A DNA stretch of 63,800 nt, counting the filler, from Sphacelaria rigidula (lineage: Eukaryota), in NCBI GenBank assembly GCA_964200075.2. It is 10 parts of 10 records of this genome, joined end to end, with 100 filler letters (N's around TTAATTAATTAA, not from the genome) between each part and the next. Parts side by side here need not be neighbours in the genome. Positions count along the whole stretch, not along the records: positions 31,951 to 38,240 come from CAXNAA020020982.1; positions 38,341 to 44,630 come from CAXNAA020020983.1; positions 44,731 to 51,020 come from CAXNAA020020984.1; 7 more parts are not named here. One strand, written 5' to 3'. Position 1 is the stretch's first letter. Each line of letters begins with the position of its first letter. Shown here piece by piece: positions 33,906 through 47,350 of the stretch. The notes beneath the pieces were generated by a model. The model was not told the origin of the DNA. It searched no databases and saw only the letters and a list, made by a program, of their open reading frames with translations. The position numbers were made by a program, and so were the translations under genes.

Positions 33906-36900
33906 CACAAAATCCGACCCAACGGTCGACGAGGGAAAGGGACTGCTGAACCCCGTCTGCGATGAGAAAAAAAAGCAAGCACCGCGGAAGGAAGGTGGGG
34001 TACGAAAAACAAACAAAACATAAGACGCTCCTGTGTTGACATTCCTCCTGTGTCACCCCGGCTGGTGCGCCCACATATACCAAAAGGTGTAGCCCGGCGT
34101 CCAGAAAAAATGAGACAACACACTTACCCTAAACTTTAGGGTTCGACTTCAAGTATTGGTCGGCGAATGGGCCTGCAAATCAAGTCCGCCTCTAGGCTGG
34201 CCCAGCTCATATACAAAGGCTGGAGTAAAAATGATGTGGAGAAGAGCAATAAAGACGGTACTAGACGGTACAGTACTGTCTGTACTGCTGCATACGGCAG
34301 TATACTATGAAGATAGCAGTTTGCACACAGTTCGAGCTGGGCCAGCAGCGATCGGGGGAGGTTTATGTTGCACGTTTTCTTACACCAACACAGGAAGCTT
34401 GCGCGGTTAGGACAAATCAAAGTTTATACGAGTTGACTCCCCATGACATGAGAGGATCCAACCATATGCCGACTGTTGGTCCCGTATTTACCCGACGGTG
34501 GATAACATATGCAGTGAAGTCACGTCAACCGCATTACAGATGGGAGAAAAGACGTCTGATTCAAGGCCCATGAAATGAGAGGATTCAATCATTTGCCGGC
34601 TCTTCGCCTTCGCACAACTGACACATGTTATACATGTACATGCCATTCACGCCTCATGAAATTAAGAGGGGGATTTTGTACAACCGATGAATTTCCACAT
34701 TTTATAGGGGGGATTAATATGTGCTAAGGATTCATCCCGTATGAACGGGAGGTAGGAAACAGGGATCTTTTACGGTGTAATGCACCAGTCACGACCTCAA
34801 AACCTGAATAAATTACAAATGATGTACGAATGGCTGACTATTCGTTGAAATGATGAATATGAACTTAATGGCGATTTTATTCGTCCTACCGTGAAAGCTT
34901 GGCATGGCGGAGTTTTCAAGTCTGTGTACCCCGCCTTCGAGTAGGCACTCTGGTGAATAACTTCTGGAACCTCCCCGCTCTTATGGTACTCCTTCTCTCC
35001 AACATACATCTGTACCCGTAAGATAATGTCAACATTTCTGATTGTGTTTTCCTACCGGTATGTTCTTCTCGTAATGTTTTGCAAAATACCAGGGGGAATT
35101 TAGAACGGTGAGAAAAAGGTTTCACGAAAGGTCAGAACATGACAAATTTATCGCATCTTGACAGCAAGCGGTAACGCGTTTCGGAGCAAATATGTGAGAG
35201 CTCCTGTCCCCAAGAGCCTAGAGTGTTGTCACTCGTCCCACGTGCTCTCACGGACCTCATCCGTGGGTAACTTTCACAACCCAACGTATCGCATGCATGA
35301 TAAAATTCATCCTCATCACAGTGGTAGTTTATATTACAATCACATTCTGTGAACTTCGAGACGCTTTGCTCTGAGAAGAAAAGGTACGAGGTGGATGGGG
35401 GCGTCCTGGGAATCCGCGATATTGCGAAAAAAAGAATCAAAATAGCACAGTCGCAAACCCCGATTGTGTCGACGAAGAAGCCCAACACACACCCATACTG
35501 TTGCGCCATTTTGCACCAGCATGATACGTCTGTTTGCAAGGAAAGATGCTGCCGATATCATTACAATCGTAAGAAGTGAGAGGGTTATCTACCGAACCCT
35601 GACTATCATGCCGTCACGAATCCTTGTGCAAACCTCACGAACTCTGCCGTGTTGCCGAGGAGAGCAGATATGCCGCGAGCACGTGTCCTTGAGTGGGATA
35701 TGCGGCGCAACTGCACCTGATGCATCTTTCCACGATTGACTAGTGCCTTTTGCCACATGTTGTCCGCATCTTTGCGTGTAGGTTGCTTCACATCGGCTCA
35801 GAGAGCCACCGTGAAACTCAGAGCATTAGTCGTGCACATACAAACAGCATGTGCACCAGGCACCGAGACGTCCGATTTGTGGGGTAGCCCGAACGACGCG
35901 AACACCATTTTCAGGTCAAACCGTGGATACCCGGTCAAAACGCCTGCCCCGCTGCCCAGAAATGCGTGCACCTTGAATAAATGCATATGTAAAGCAACTC
36001 GTCCACTTACTTCAACAACGTAAACACCTCGGACGCTGCTGCACTGAGAAACAAACGTGCGTCTGACCTGAGACACCCGATGGATAATGACAATCCGCGC
36101 GAAACGCCTGGGCGTATTGCCTGTAGAGGTGCTCAGCGCTCGAGACACGGCAGCAGGCGCGCTGTATGCGCTGCAAGGCGTTGAAACCTCGCCCATATAT
36201 CATGATAACCACAGACAACGAGCCCATCTCGCCGGATTTGGGGTGGGGCGTTGCAGCAGTGCGTACCGGGATGGAAGCGGTAAGATTTGTTTTCGAGGAA
36301 AAGTTATTTTTTCCTTCTCCTTCTGGCGCAGGAGCGATCATAGGTAGCATGCGCGTGTCTGCAGCCAGTGTTGTTCTTTTTCGATGTTGTCGAGGCATTA
36401 GTGTCGGAGAATATGTACCTCCCGTTAGTAAGAGTCATGTCCCGCAATTTAATTTGTCTTACGCCAAGAGGGGGGGTCGTCACGGGGATAAGGGTCAGCA
36501 CTACCAGCATCAAGGGCTCGCTTCACGGGCAGTGTGCGGACATGGAAAAATCGGCATCACGCACGAGGCCCATCACAGCACACATCGCATTTGATTGCTA
36601 CTGAGAATAGGTCGCGTTCCGGTAGTACACAACGAAGTTTTGCAGGGCTCTCTACATGCCGGCTTCACCCCGCGCGCATGGGTCTCAAATCATACTTGTA
36701 TCCAGTATATAGTTAGGATACTGCGTGCTGTCTGTGTGTACGTGGTATACCATCCTCGCTCCGCCACATCTTATACAGCGGTCAGTGTTGGAGCTCAGCG
36801 TGCATTTGCCTCAGGTGGCGCACGCAGGAGTAAAAGGCCGCCTCCGCCGCTATGATGCCTGCCTGTGTCTTGGACGGAGTTTTATGGCAACACAGCCGCT

Positions 36901-38240
36901 ATGGCGCGCAAGCCGGTTGTAATATTTCACACCGTGGAGATTTCTATACTGTCTCGAAGTGTACTGCGCGCAGTTCCAACTGTTGCGCACGTCGCAGTGG
37001 GCAATAGATTCCATACTGTGCACAGAGTACACTCTTTGAAATTGTATACTGACTGTAGACAGCTCTTGTCCAGGATACAGCACATTTCTACATAAGTTCG
37101 CCCCCCATGCTAGGTACGCTGGCAAGGATCTGAGGCACAACCGACTGGTCGCGCGACAGGAACTTCACCTTCGCCGCTCGAGCGTTTTGGAGCGGGGACG
37201 TTCAGCGCCCAACCCTCAGGTGAATAACCGAGCATAAACGATGCCTCTTTGCTAGTTTTCTTTGGGCGTTTATATATAGCTGGGAGAAGATTTATGACGA
37301 TGAGGCCGGCAGGCTCCGTCGCGGCGTGCGTGTCCAACTGACATCGTACCCACTAGAACCATCATCTGACAGCAGGGTGTTGAAAATGTAGAATGTGGCG
37401 CGTCGATGGTATCCACAGTTTCAATGCAAACCGACCGTTCAAAGACTTTCGCTGCTTTTGTGAAACCTCCCTGCGGTACCAATTTGCACATCTTCCAAGA
37501 TTCGGCGTCATCTCAAGCGAGGTGCGGGTTCTCTTCACGCCTGAGCTTCCAAAACACCCCTCCATAATATCGAAAGGGGATAGCACTGGCAGCAGGTAAT
37601 TCCTGACGCGGCGGCTCTTTTCGGAACATAATTGTGGAATGTACAATACACTACTGTGCCCGTGCTCGTGGACGCCGAGCGTTTGATTCAAAGTGCTGCT
37701 GCTCTCACGAACTGTTTCATTAACCTGAACTCAGGTGCGAGAATCAACAAGGATGGAATATCACGAACACAAGAGGTAACGAAACGTTGCCGCGATGCGA
37801 CGATGCGATAGAGCAACAGTGGCCGTTCTTCTGAAAATATCTACACTGTCTGCCAGACTCGGCTGCACGTACCGCGCCATCGTGCTGGTAGCACAGTAGT
37901 GTACAAGGCACAATCCAGGGTAAAGAAGTAGTAGGACTACCGAGCAAATAAGTTCATACAGTACAAAGCACACCACAGTACCGTAGGGGGGAGTGAACTC
38001 ACGTGTTTTCGACTGCTGCTACATGGCGACGTGTTCCATCTCTGGGGCATGTTGCGTGCCGGACATTTCGGGACAGCTCATGTGCGGTGTAACTACTTAC
38101 GTTTCATCTCTTCCCGATCCAATTGAATACTATCCAAACAAAGCAGCGATAGACGATTACGGTGCAAAGGTACGAGCTGGGCCAGCCCAGAAAAGGATTT
38201 AACCTGGCAGAGCAATATCTCATCACCGGAAACGAATTGG

Positions 38241-38340
38241 NNNNNNNNNNNNNNNNNNNNNNNNNNNNNNNNNNNNNNNNNNNNTTAATTAATTAANNNN
38301 NNNNNNNNNNNNNNNNNNNNNNNNNNNNNNNNNNNNNNNN
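38241..38340. other. Artificial contig linker
   Basis: N44-TTAATTAATTAA-N44. Confidence 0.98.
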
Positions 38341-38352
38341 CTAATGTGCGGA

Positions 38353-38413
<61 letters not shown>
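38353..38413. repeat. (AAT)n microsatellite
   Basis: Direct reading. Confidence 0.95.
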
Positions 38414-39177
38414 TCATGCCCTCCTTGTGTGTGAAGTGACGGCAGTGTCACACAGGACAGCATGAGTTATGGGCAATCGCGTTTTCGGATTCCATGATAC
38501 TGATTAACCATTGCGTTTGCATGATATTTGTGTCTGATTCGCCAGCGGTTGGGAGATACCTATTACCAGTTTGTGTACTGCGACCGGTACGACTGAGCTG
38601 GAGTTCTCATAGGAGGTAGCCATGGACATGACCCGTAGTGAGAGGCCAACGTAACTGTGGTTACGTGCTTCATCGTACTGGCCCCACCGCGTATATTATT
38701 GAGGGGTGGTAGAAAACGTGACGCTATACCAGGCGCAACGCTGACTCACGTGTGTACTATTATGCACGTACGAAAATTTCAGCACACATGTCAAAACGAT
38801 ACGCGACGGGTAAAAAAGCGAACCCGCTCCCTCAACAATGGCACAAGACTGCTGCACATATACGGGCCAGTACCTTTCATCCCAGCCAATGAAGCGTTCT
38901 CTACCTTCTGCTAAGAGAACCCGGTCTCGGACAGTCCTGCAGATGGCAACTTATTGGCGGCATGAGCGATGAAACGAATCAGCGATTTTTTTGTTTCAAC
39001 CCACTAGGATTGCAGCAGCCTCTACATATTAACTAATCAATTAAATTTAACTAATTAAAGATTGTTTGAGGATGGATGGTTGGATTTTATTTTTTGGAAA
39101 AGGGAAAGACAATATGGTTGAGTGAGAGGGACTATGATACATATTTTGAAACACATGTTCAAAACGCAAAAGCCGAC

Positions 39178-40390
39178 CATGGTCGCCATATCTTCCCAAC
39201 GCCACAAGCTCCCGCTTGAGCAACAGGGACTGATCACGGGGAAACGGACGCCCATCGCTGTGGTTCCGTGCGCGTTGCTTGTACTTGTGTCTCAACTCGA
39301 CTTGGTCGTGCTGCTCAGTTGGCTCTGGGAGGTAGGAGGTAGGACCAAAAATGCCGCAAACCTCAGACACGCAAGCACATGATCAACCAACCACGCTTGC
39401 CCAAGCCGCCTATAGCACGTACACTCAACCAAATACGCTACGCCGTTCACCTGATGAGCAGCGACTTTGTGCAATGCGTATCGATCATATGCATGTACTG
39501 CCATTGCTGGCGCGATCACGACTACTGGTATGTACTGCTGGATATTTTACTGTCCTAGTGATGTGATGGTGATGCTGCTGGCCGCGGCTCATGAACGAAC
39601 ACTTCCAGTATAATCGCGAAATACACGTGGAAATGGCCTCTCGTCTGTAGGGGTTGTTTGTCTCCCGATCAAAACAACTATTCCGAAACCTGGGCGAGAA
39701 AGAACATGGTACGCGGATATTGGCGCATGGGCGCCTGGAGGTTTACTAAACTTCATGCTTACTGCCCATCTTCAACTGGCATCCACGCCACCCTGTGTAT
39801 GATATCATCCTCGAAAAGCTCGCGAGACCGACAGCGAGCATAACCTCGGAACAATTAAATGTGCGCTCAAAGCGATAAAAAGGGGGCCACTTTTGCATCG
39901 TGGCCAGCAGCATTAGCACCCCGGCAGCCCAGCACATTTGCGCCTCGAGGCCCTTTCCCTTGACGGGTATCACACTGCATACAAGTCCGTGGCCGTGAAA
40001 TGAGGCACACCGAAGTATGACGAGTTGATCAAAGAAGGACACGGTCACGCAACGGATCTTTGTACATTACGAGTAGCCGCCCAGTGCTCCCTCCCCCAAG
40101 TGGCCGGTCGTTATACCCTACCCTCGTAGCCTACAGCATATATATTTCAGTGCTTACCCTCTGTTGGTCGTCTCAAGGTACTTATATCTAGAGGGTTAAT
40201 GCAATCAATTCAATCATAGGCAGTCGGCAACTTACTCCTCTCGTGCCTCCGCGTTGGCCTTGTGCATCGCCGATATCTGTTTCCAGATGTCCTGCAACCG
40301 GCGCCGCTCGACCACGATCGCGTATTCCTGTTCCTCGAGCTGATCCCATAATCGCTTGACGCCGGGGTCGACGAGGCGTCGTGTAGTCAT
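39178..40390 (-). CDS. Uncharacterised multi-exon gene divergent from SAC3/GANP
   Basis: ATG at 40390: MTTRRLVDPGVKRLWDQLEEQEYAIVVERRRLQDIWKQISAMHKANAEARE|GTAAGT (exon 40390-40236). A 48-bp intron precedes exon 40187-40158 (YKYLETTNR|GTAAGC). Further candidate exons include 39324-39178. The internal structure is uncertain. Confidence 0.5.
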
Positions 40391-40948
40391 TTCTTCACCT
40401 TCGGTATCAGATTCAACTTCGGTGTAAGGAAAGGTGCCACATTAACAACGATAGTGTAGCGGCAGTGTTACATACGCCGAGAGATTATTGCAGGGGTGTG
40501 GAAGCGCGAGATGCAGGACGAAAAGTGAAAAAGATACCTCTGAACGGCGGCCGTTCGACGGTTTCATTATGTCTCTCAGTCATGTTCTATTTCGCATAAC
40601 TTTGGCCTCAGTCATACTCCGCATAGCACGGTATGCGACGTCGGCTCTGCTCAGTGAAGTTTGCGCGCGTATGTCTGGTGTTCTACACCAAGACGTAGCG
40701 TGTGCGGGAGAACGAACAGCAATGGCCTGACGAACATTAGCGTAAAAGCTGGTACTGCGGTGACACAAGTGTTTCGCCGCACTTCCTCTCAAGAGGGTCT
40801 TCGAAAACTTTACTGCATTGCGTCGTCTACCCCGGTACATACCGACTTTTTCAGCATCGCCAGCAGACGGCGCGATCAGCCCTCTTCTCCGCGGTTCCCG
40901 TATACTGGCCTGGGTTAGCCAGAGGTTGAAAAGGAACTAAGTAGTTTA

Positions 40949-43228
40949 ATGTTCGGGTTCAATGGTAAAGGTGGGGATACATCGGGTGGTCGAGACAGGG
41001 CTCAAGGAGAAGGAAGCGGTCAAGCCGGTGCAGCCAGTGGGCAGCAAGGCAGCGCGCCAGGGTCCGTATCGCACACAGGCGGCGCGCCGACCCCAAACGG
41101 AATTTTCGGCAGCCAGCGTGGCTTCGGGGGTAGCACTATTGGGGGCGGATTTGGTACCGACGGTACTCGGTCGTACGCAACAGCAGTTGGCGGGGCCGGT
41201 GGGGGAGGCGATGGCGGCGGTTCTTCTAGCAGCATTTTCGCCGCTGGAAGTGGTTTTGGTAGTACAGGGTTAACTAGACAGTCGTCGTCAGGAGGGGGGG
41301 CTTTCGGGGGTGGATTTGGAGCGGGCAGATTTGGAGGACATTTTTCGACGTTTCCAAAACCGTCACAAGCAGAAGCAGCGGCTGGGGGTAGTAATCGTGA
41401 ACAGTCAGGGAATTCGACGAAAGGCAAAACGTTTGGCAGCGGAGGAGGTTTCGGCGGTAGTGTTGGCACAGACAATGTAACCGGCGGAATCGGCGGATTT
41501 GGAGGGCATCCACAGTCATCAAAGCCCCCGACGCAAACAGCGGCAGCGGCAGGGACGGTGGCAGCGGCGACGAAACCGTCCTCTTCCTCCAGTACTTTTG
41601 GTTCGGGGGGAGGGTTCGGTACTGGAGGCGGAGGATTCGGTACCGGAGGAGGCTTTGGCTCTGCAAGGGGATTTGGCACCAGTGGAGGCCTCGGTGGTGG
41701 TGGGGCAGGAGCGATGACAGCGGGGAGCGGTGCTTCTGATGCTGGCGGTGTGAGCGCTACGTTTGCAGCGGTGCTGAAGAAGAGTGCAGCGTCACCTGCT
41801 GTGGCGCCCGCGGCGTCGGGCTTCGGCACGAGTGGAGATTTCGGCGGCGGCGGCTTTCGCGGCAGGAGTGGGTTCGGCGGAGTAACAGAGACGGGGTCCA
41901 GCAACACTCGAAAGAAAAATGGTGTTTCTTCGACGGGGGAACGTGATGCTTCACAAGCAGGGGTGTTTGGGCGCGGCGGCTTTGGCGGGACGGGTAGTGC
42001 GGCTGATCCAACAGGGACCTCAAATCCTGCCGGGTTTGCTACAGCCTCGAGTGGCACCAAGAACAGTAGCGGCGGCAGTAGCAGTACAGCCGGCGGAGGG
42101 TCATTCGCTGATGCTGTCAAGCGCGGGCTCCCGTCTTCTAAGACCGCATGGGCAACGGCTAGCGGATTAGACAGCAACAGCAATTCAGGTTTTGGTGGTC
42201 ATAAGAGCAACCCACCTGGCGGTGCCGCGTCTACAGGGTTCGTTGTCGGTGGTGACAGCAAAACCTCTGCATCTAGTGGATTTTGGGGCAGCGGGTTTGG
42301 AGTCACGAACGCCGCAGATTTCAGTGCAGCCTCGGCTCCAGCATCAAAACCTAAGTCTACTGCTGGCGACGGGGCTGTTGCCATAAACGCTGCGGCGAGT
42401 AGCGGGACAAGAGACGCTGGCGGGAGCACATCGACAAGTGATGCTCCTTCCGGCGGGTTTGGCCGGCGACAGAGAACAGGCGCGCAGGACGTGAGCGAAA
42501 CCCGCGGTCCAGGCGTCGCAGGGCGGACTCTGTTTGGAGTTGGTGCAGCGCGAGGACGGGGTTTGTCATCAACCGCCGATGGTGGTGCTGGTGGTGGCGA
42601 TGGTCGGGCCGGGGAATCGGTTGGGCAAGCAGGGCAACGAGGAAGCAACAGGGTAAAACGACGTCAAAGGCAAGCCGCTGCCATTTCAAGTGGTGACGGC
42701 GACGGAGACGGTGGCGGTGGAGGAAGCGGTACAGCCCGCGAGCTGTTCTCAGCGGTCGCAGGGAGCAGAAAGGAACCGACACGCCGCAGTCGCATCATGG
42801 GCATGAATGATGCTGATGTCGCTGCAATGTCCCGTTCCGCAGCGCCCGCACCGACGTTCCTCGGTGACCCCAGAGGTGAGACACGTCGGAGCGGTGGGGG
42901 AGAGTCTAAGCGCTCCAATCCCTCAGCCGCAGGCAGCAGGATCCTGGGCGGGTTCGGAGCCGAGCCGCCTAGTTCCACCCCACCCCAGTTTGCCGGCGGA
43001 TTAGTTAGTCGTAGTAGTGGCAACGGCGCAGGAAGCACTGGAGGAGGCAGTGGGGTATCTGCATTCGGTGGATCAGGCGCAAATGATGCAGAAGAACGTA
43101 CTCGCCGAGCCCAACGGTTTGGCACATCGACAGGCGCGGGCGGCGGCGCGGGCAGTGGTGATGGCGGGGGCGGCGGGTCAAGATCCCGGGGGGGAGGTAA
43201 AACGAGTAGGGGCAATGGAGGAGGGGGT

Positions 43229-43286
<58 letters not shown>

Positions 43287-43804
43287 AAAGACGGGGGGGG
43301 GGGGGAAAAAGGGGGGGGGGAAGGGGGGGGGGGGGTGGGGGTGATGGCGGCGGAGGCACCGCAGAGGACGTGCAAAGGGGGAGTCATTTGGATGATGCAG
43401 AGATAAAGGTGGGCACCGTGGAGGCAATGTGCCCGCAGGAGGAGAGGTGGCGTCGCGTTCCCGGCGATCTCCATATCTTGGAAAAGGAGCACCCGTCGAT
43501 GCTGATGCCCGACCGAGGAGATGGTACGCCTCGGCAACCGTGGACGCACGAGAACTTGGTCGTTAAGAGGCATCAACGCGCGGCGGCTGGAATGGACATC
43601 AGTAAGGCAGAACTTTTGCGCACACCTCCATGGCTGGCGCGGACGGTAGACCACCTTGTGATGAACTGCATGGACAAGGGGCCGCACGGTGGCGGGGATC
43701 CAGCTGCGGCATGGGCCGACCCTCGTATTCAAGAGTACATGGCAAAATTTCGGGCCAATAATCCGTCGAGGGCGGATCTTGCGGAGGACGAGACCGAGCA
43801 AGAT
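40949..43804 (+). CDS. SAC3: SAC3/GANP-family mRNA export (TREX-2) scaffold, exon 1: FG/Gly-rich N-terminus + start of Sac3 domain
   Basis: Open frame of 952 codons with many FG/GFG repeats. C-terminal VGTVEAMCPQEERWRR..LHILE..VVKRHQRAAAG..ELLRTPPWLARTVDHLV matches Sac3/GANP GTC.DMCPE.ER..AVK.Y.R..A..LRP..VL..T.DYL. Donor GAT|GTGAGA is phase 0. Confidence 0.88.
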
Positions 43805-44315
43805 GTGAGAGCCATCGCTGAGAGGAAAATCACCCATGTTTAGACAGCGCTATGGTGAAAATGATATAAATCATGTTAGGAAAGTTTGAAGACAGGTGGG
43901 GACTGTCGATCGTGAGTGCGAGCTTCCTTGCCGCGGGTGTTGTGCACATCACGTTAAAGTAAGGACATATCACCATGTCATACTACATCTGTTAATTAGC
44001 GAATCGCTTCTCAATTGGAAGTTTGTTTCGCAGGTAAATTGCCAAGCGGCAAGTGCTGCACGGTTCTGTTGTCTGTAATCGTCAATTGCTTCGTGTTATT
44101 CATAATTTGACGGAGTCAGCCGAATCATCTGTGACAATCACGTCAAATCAAAGCCGGCGCGGCAAGTGATGACTTGAAAATCATCACTCTCAGTTGCATC
44201 CTGCCGGCGCGTGCTCCCTGTCATGTTGTCGTCCGCTGACGGCAATCTGATTTTGAATCTACTTTCTGCCCCCCCCCTCCCTCTCTCTGTCTCTCTCTGT
44301 CTCTCTCCTTTTCAG

Positions 44316-44437
44316 CTTTACAACTTCGTGTGGGACCGCTTCCGGATGGTGAGATCTGACTACAACATGCAGGGCTACAACCCGGTCGTAGGTCTTGTGT
44401 CGGAATCGAGCATCGTGGCACACGAGCGCATGGCTAG
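44316..44437 (+). CDS. SAC3: SAC3/GANP-family protein, exon 2
   Basis: tttcag|LYNFVWDRFRMVRSDYNMQG...HERMAR|gtgaga matches Sac3 Y.F.WDR.R.IR.D...Q...E...R. The gene continues past the contig end. Confidence 0.88.
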
Positions 44438-44630
44438 GTGAGATCCACGGTAGACGGGAGCCGGCGCGGGGGCGGGAAGCCGCTCGTTTGGCTGTTTTTT
44501 CCTTTTACTGTACAAAGGAGGTGTAAGTTGGCGAAGCATGGGGAGGGGGGCGTACTCATTTGTTTCTTGCCTTAGTCGTTTGACCATTGGCCACGCATCC
44601 CTTTCGAGACGGAGTCGGGGGGGGGGGGGG

Positions 44631-44730
44631 NNNNNNNNNNNNNNNNNNNNNNNNNNNNNNNNNNNNNNNNNNNNTTAATTAATTAANNNNNNNNNNNNNN
44701 NNNNNNNNNNNNNNNNNNNNNNNNNNNNNN
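44631..44730. other. Artificial contig linker
   Basis: N44-TTAATTAATTAA-N44. Confidence 0.98.
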
Positions 44731-47350
44731 CACAACTAAATAACAAAACTCACGCGTAATGCGAGCAGCAATGGAACGAGTCACTCGCACCTTACGCAAC
44801 TCCTTCTTGAAAAATTCCGGAGCGGCCTCAAAAATATTTTTAAAAGGCTCCCACGTAGGCTCCTCGACTTCAAAAACCAACCCAGTCGACCAACACGATC
44901 AACGAACGATCCTCTGCCTCTGCCACGCGAACGACCCCAGCCATCTGAAATTGCTCCTGGTTGAAAGCGTGCTGAAACACATCCTTCACGTCTGCCCTTA
45001 CATTAAGCTGTGAGTCTGTATAAAAACGCAGACGAGCTACATGGGCGGTCTGAACACGACCCGAAACAATGTTTTGGATCTCAAACACATGCGGGTGATG
45101 AGCACCAGCACTCTCAACGGGCCAATCCACGTCGCCATCAATTTAGGCGTAACTCCCGGGCGACGCACGCGTGCATACAACACATAACCGCCTACCTCGA
45201 AATTCGGAAATTCCAGCCCCGACGAAGACCCCTCACGTCTACGCACACATTCAGCGGCAACACGCTCCTGCTCTTGAACGTGGAAACTTTCCTGCAACTC
45301 CAAAACTCCTTGCAACGCACGCTTCAGTTGCGCATCGTCTAAGACATCACAGTTCCACTAACCCGCCGATGAGGACGCCAACACCGACGAAGACGTCCGA
45401 GGTGCACGACCAAACATCACGTGATACGGCGTGCTATCATACCGACGGCGATATGCTGTACTTAGGTCCCATTGCACAGCAGGCAACATGCCAACCACTC
45501 GGTCACCTCTCGATGCTGCTCAAGAAGAATAGATCGAAGAGCACGAACTACTTCCTTGACCATGCGTTCGCGCGTACCGTTAGACCGCGGAGAATACGCT
45601 ACCGCACACTTGTGATCAACGCGCAAAGCCTCTCGCAATCGGGCCAAGATCGTATGCTTGAAATGCGTGGCGGTATCACTTACCCACACACGGGGTACCC
45701 CCAAAGTTTTGCACCAATTCAGCGAAGACGCAGCAGTCGATTCAGAAGTACACACTGCTACTGGTTCCAGGGTCACAACGTTGCTCAAATCATCCATGAT
45801 TGCCAAAATGTATCGGAACCCAGCATCCTCCGACAAACCTTGGGAAGCTAGCGGGCCACTCTCGCCCACGTACAAGAAGTCAAACGAACGACTTCATTCG
45901 GCATGGTCCCATGGACCGTTTCACCGAGCGGGCGGGGAACAACACCACCCGCCCTCGAGTCAGCACATTGAAGACACTGGCGGACAAATTCGCGCACATT
46001 AGTTTTTATCCCCGGTCAGACACAAAACTCTTGCAAGCGCACGAGTGTCGCAGCCACACCACGATGCCCGGCGTCGCGCATGTGCGCGCAAATCATCAGA
46101 CGTACCTGCAACTGCTTGTCAGAACGCGGAATCCACAAACCGTTTCTGCCATTCACATGCACACGAAACAGACCTTCATTCTCCAAAATAGCAGTACCAA
46201 CGTCCGACTCGAAAGATTGCACGTCCGCATCTTCGGCCCCAAGGTCTTTTCGTTGCCCTTGGCGAACAACAGATTTGTACGGCATCTAGTCATCAGGTTC
46301 ACACGGACCATACACAGCCACAGCGCGCGCAGGCATTTGAATTTCAACTGTAGGCACCTGCATGACCAAACTATCCCAATGGCACTCAAATGCATCCGGA
46401 AACGTTGACACCTGACAATCAGAACGAGAATGGAGCAGCGTCAGTGCATGAGCCACCAGATCCTTCGCTGCCGCCCATGCCTGCAGCCTGCCTTCCGTCC
46501 ACGATGCAGCCTTCTTCGGAAACGCCATATCTGGACTGGACCACCGCGCCTGTAAATTCCGTAATACCAACCCGAGCGCCGAAAGAGCCGCCATGCACAA
46601 TGCCAACCAACTCGATTTCACTGGATCGTACCGCCGCAGCTTCGTCTTTGCCGCGGACGCCCCAGGTTCTGGCTGAACACGCATGGGCTCCACGCGCGCA
46701 GGGGGGTCACCCCGCAGCGCGCGACGAAACACGTCGACGCGGCAATGTAATATGCCGCACAGGCGCTCCGCTTTTGAGACGCTGAAGCCTGTCGCAACAG
46801 CATCCGTCACGCTCTCCTCCAGCGCGACCTTCCGAGCGGACTCCTCTTCCGCCGGGTCCATGAACATATCCGGGCCGCGCTTTACTAAGCGTTCCACCGC
46901 ATCCCGCTCCTCGGTCACCTGCCCCCCAGCCTCCTGAAAAGCATCGACCGACAAGCTCACGCGACGACTGCCCAAAACGGCGGGCATCTCCAAGCGCGGA
47001 CCAGGCGGAGACCTCCGCGTCTTCATGGAGCCCCACAACCGCCGAGCGTTGACTCCAATATCCGGAAGCATCGGCAACCCTAGAAGAATGACGCCATCCG
47101 ACCCCGGCATGATCGCAAACGAGATCGGAGGCAACTGCTCCGACTCTCAGGAAGTAATTAAAGTCAGCTGCAGCGGAACAGTACGCTCTGTGGCATAAAG
47201 ATGCTGACACGACGCGGTGACGGCCTGCCGCGCCCCGAGCGAAAACGGAATGCGCAGCAGCACCCCCGGGAGAAGACGCCTCAACATCTCTACAATCTGT
47301 CCCGACAGCCCCACATGACCCGTTCAGTGGGCGCCAGAATCCCACTTAAC
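44731..47350 (-). pseudogene. Gypsy pol relic (PR, deleted RT/RH, IN, chromodomain)
   Basis: WDSGA and ILLG (protease); WSSP..FPKK joined directly to SWTE..AW (RT core absent); FPDAF..HW (RH start); AH..AGHRG..T..RL (IN Zn finger); MDDLS..GVP..VSDTATHF..AYSPRSNGTRER (DDE); WIGP; LVDWVGF..EPTWEP (chromodomain). Confidence 0.88.

Noticed and set aside
35370..35420. HMG-box-like PRTPPSTSYLFFSEQ
   Set aside because: Downstream HMG helices with the conserved Trp are absent; likely chance similarity.
43225..43340. Long poly-G / RGG-like tract in SAC3 as a special motif
   Set aside because: Pure G-runs resemble the base-calling artefacts seen elsewhere in the window; true length and sequence are unreliable.
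41020..43837. Long Pro-rich antisense ORFs (41020-42183, 42664-43359, 43178-43837)
   Set aside because: Shadows of the Gly-rich SAC3 exon on the opposite strand.
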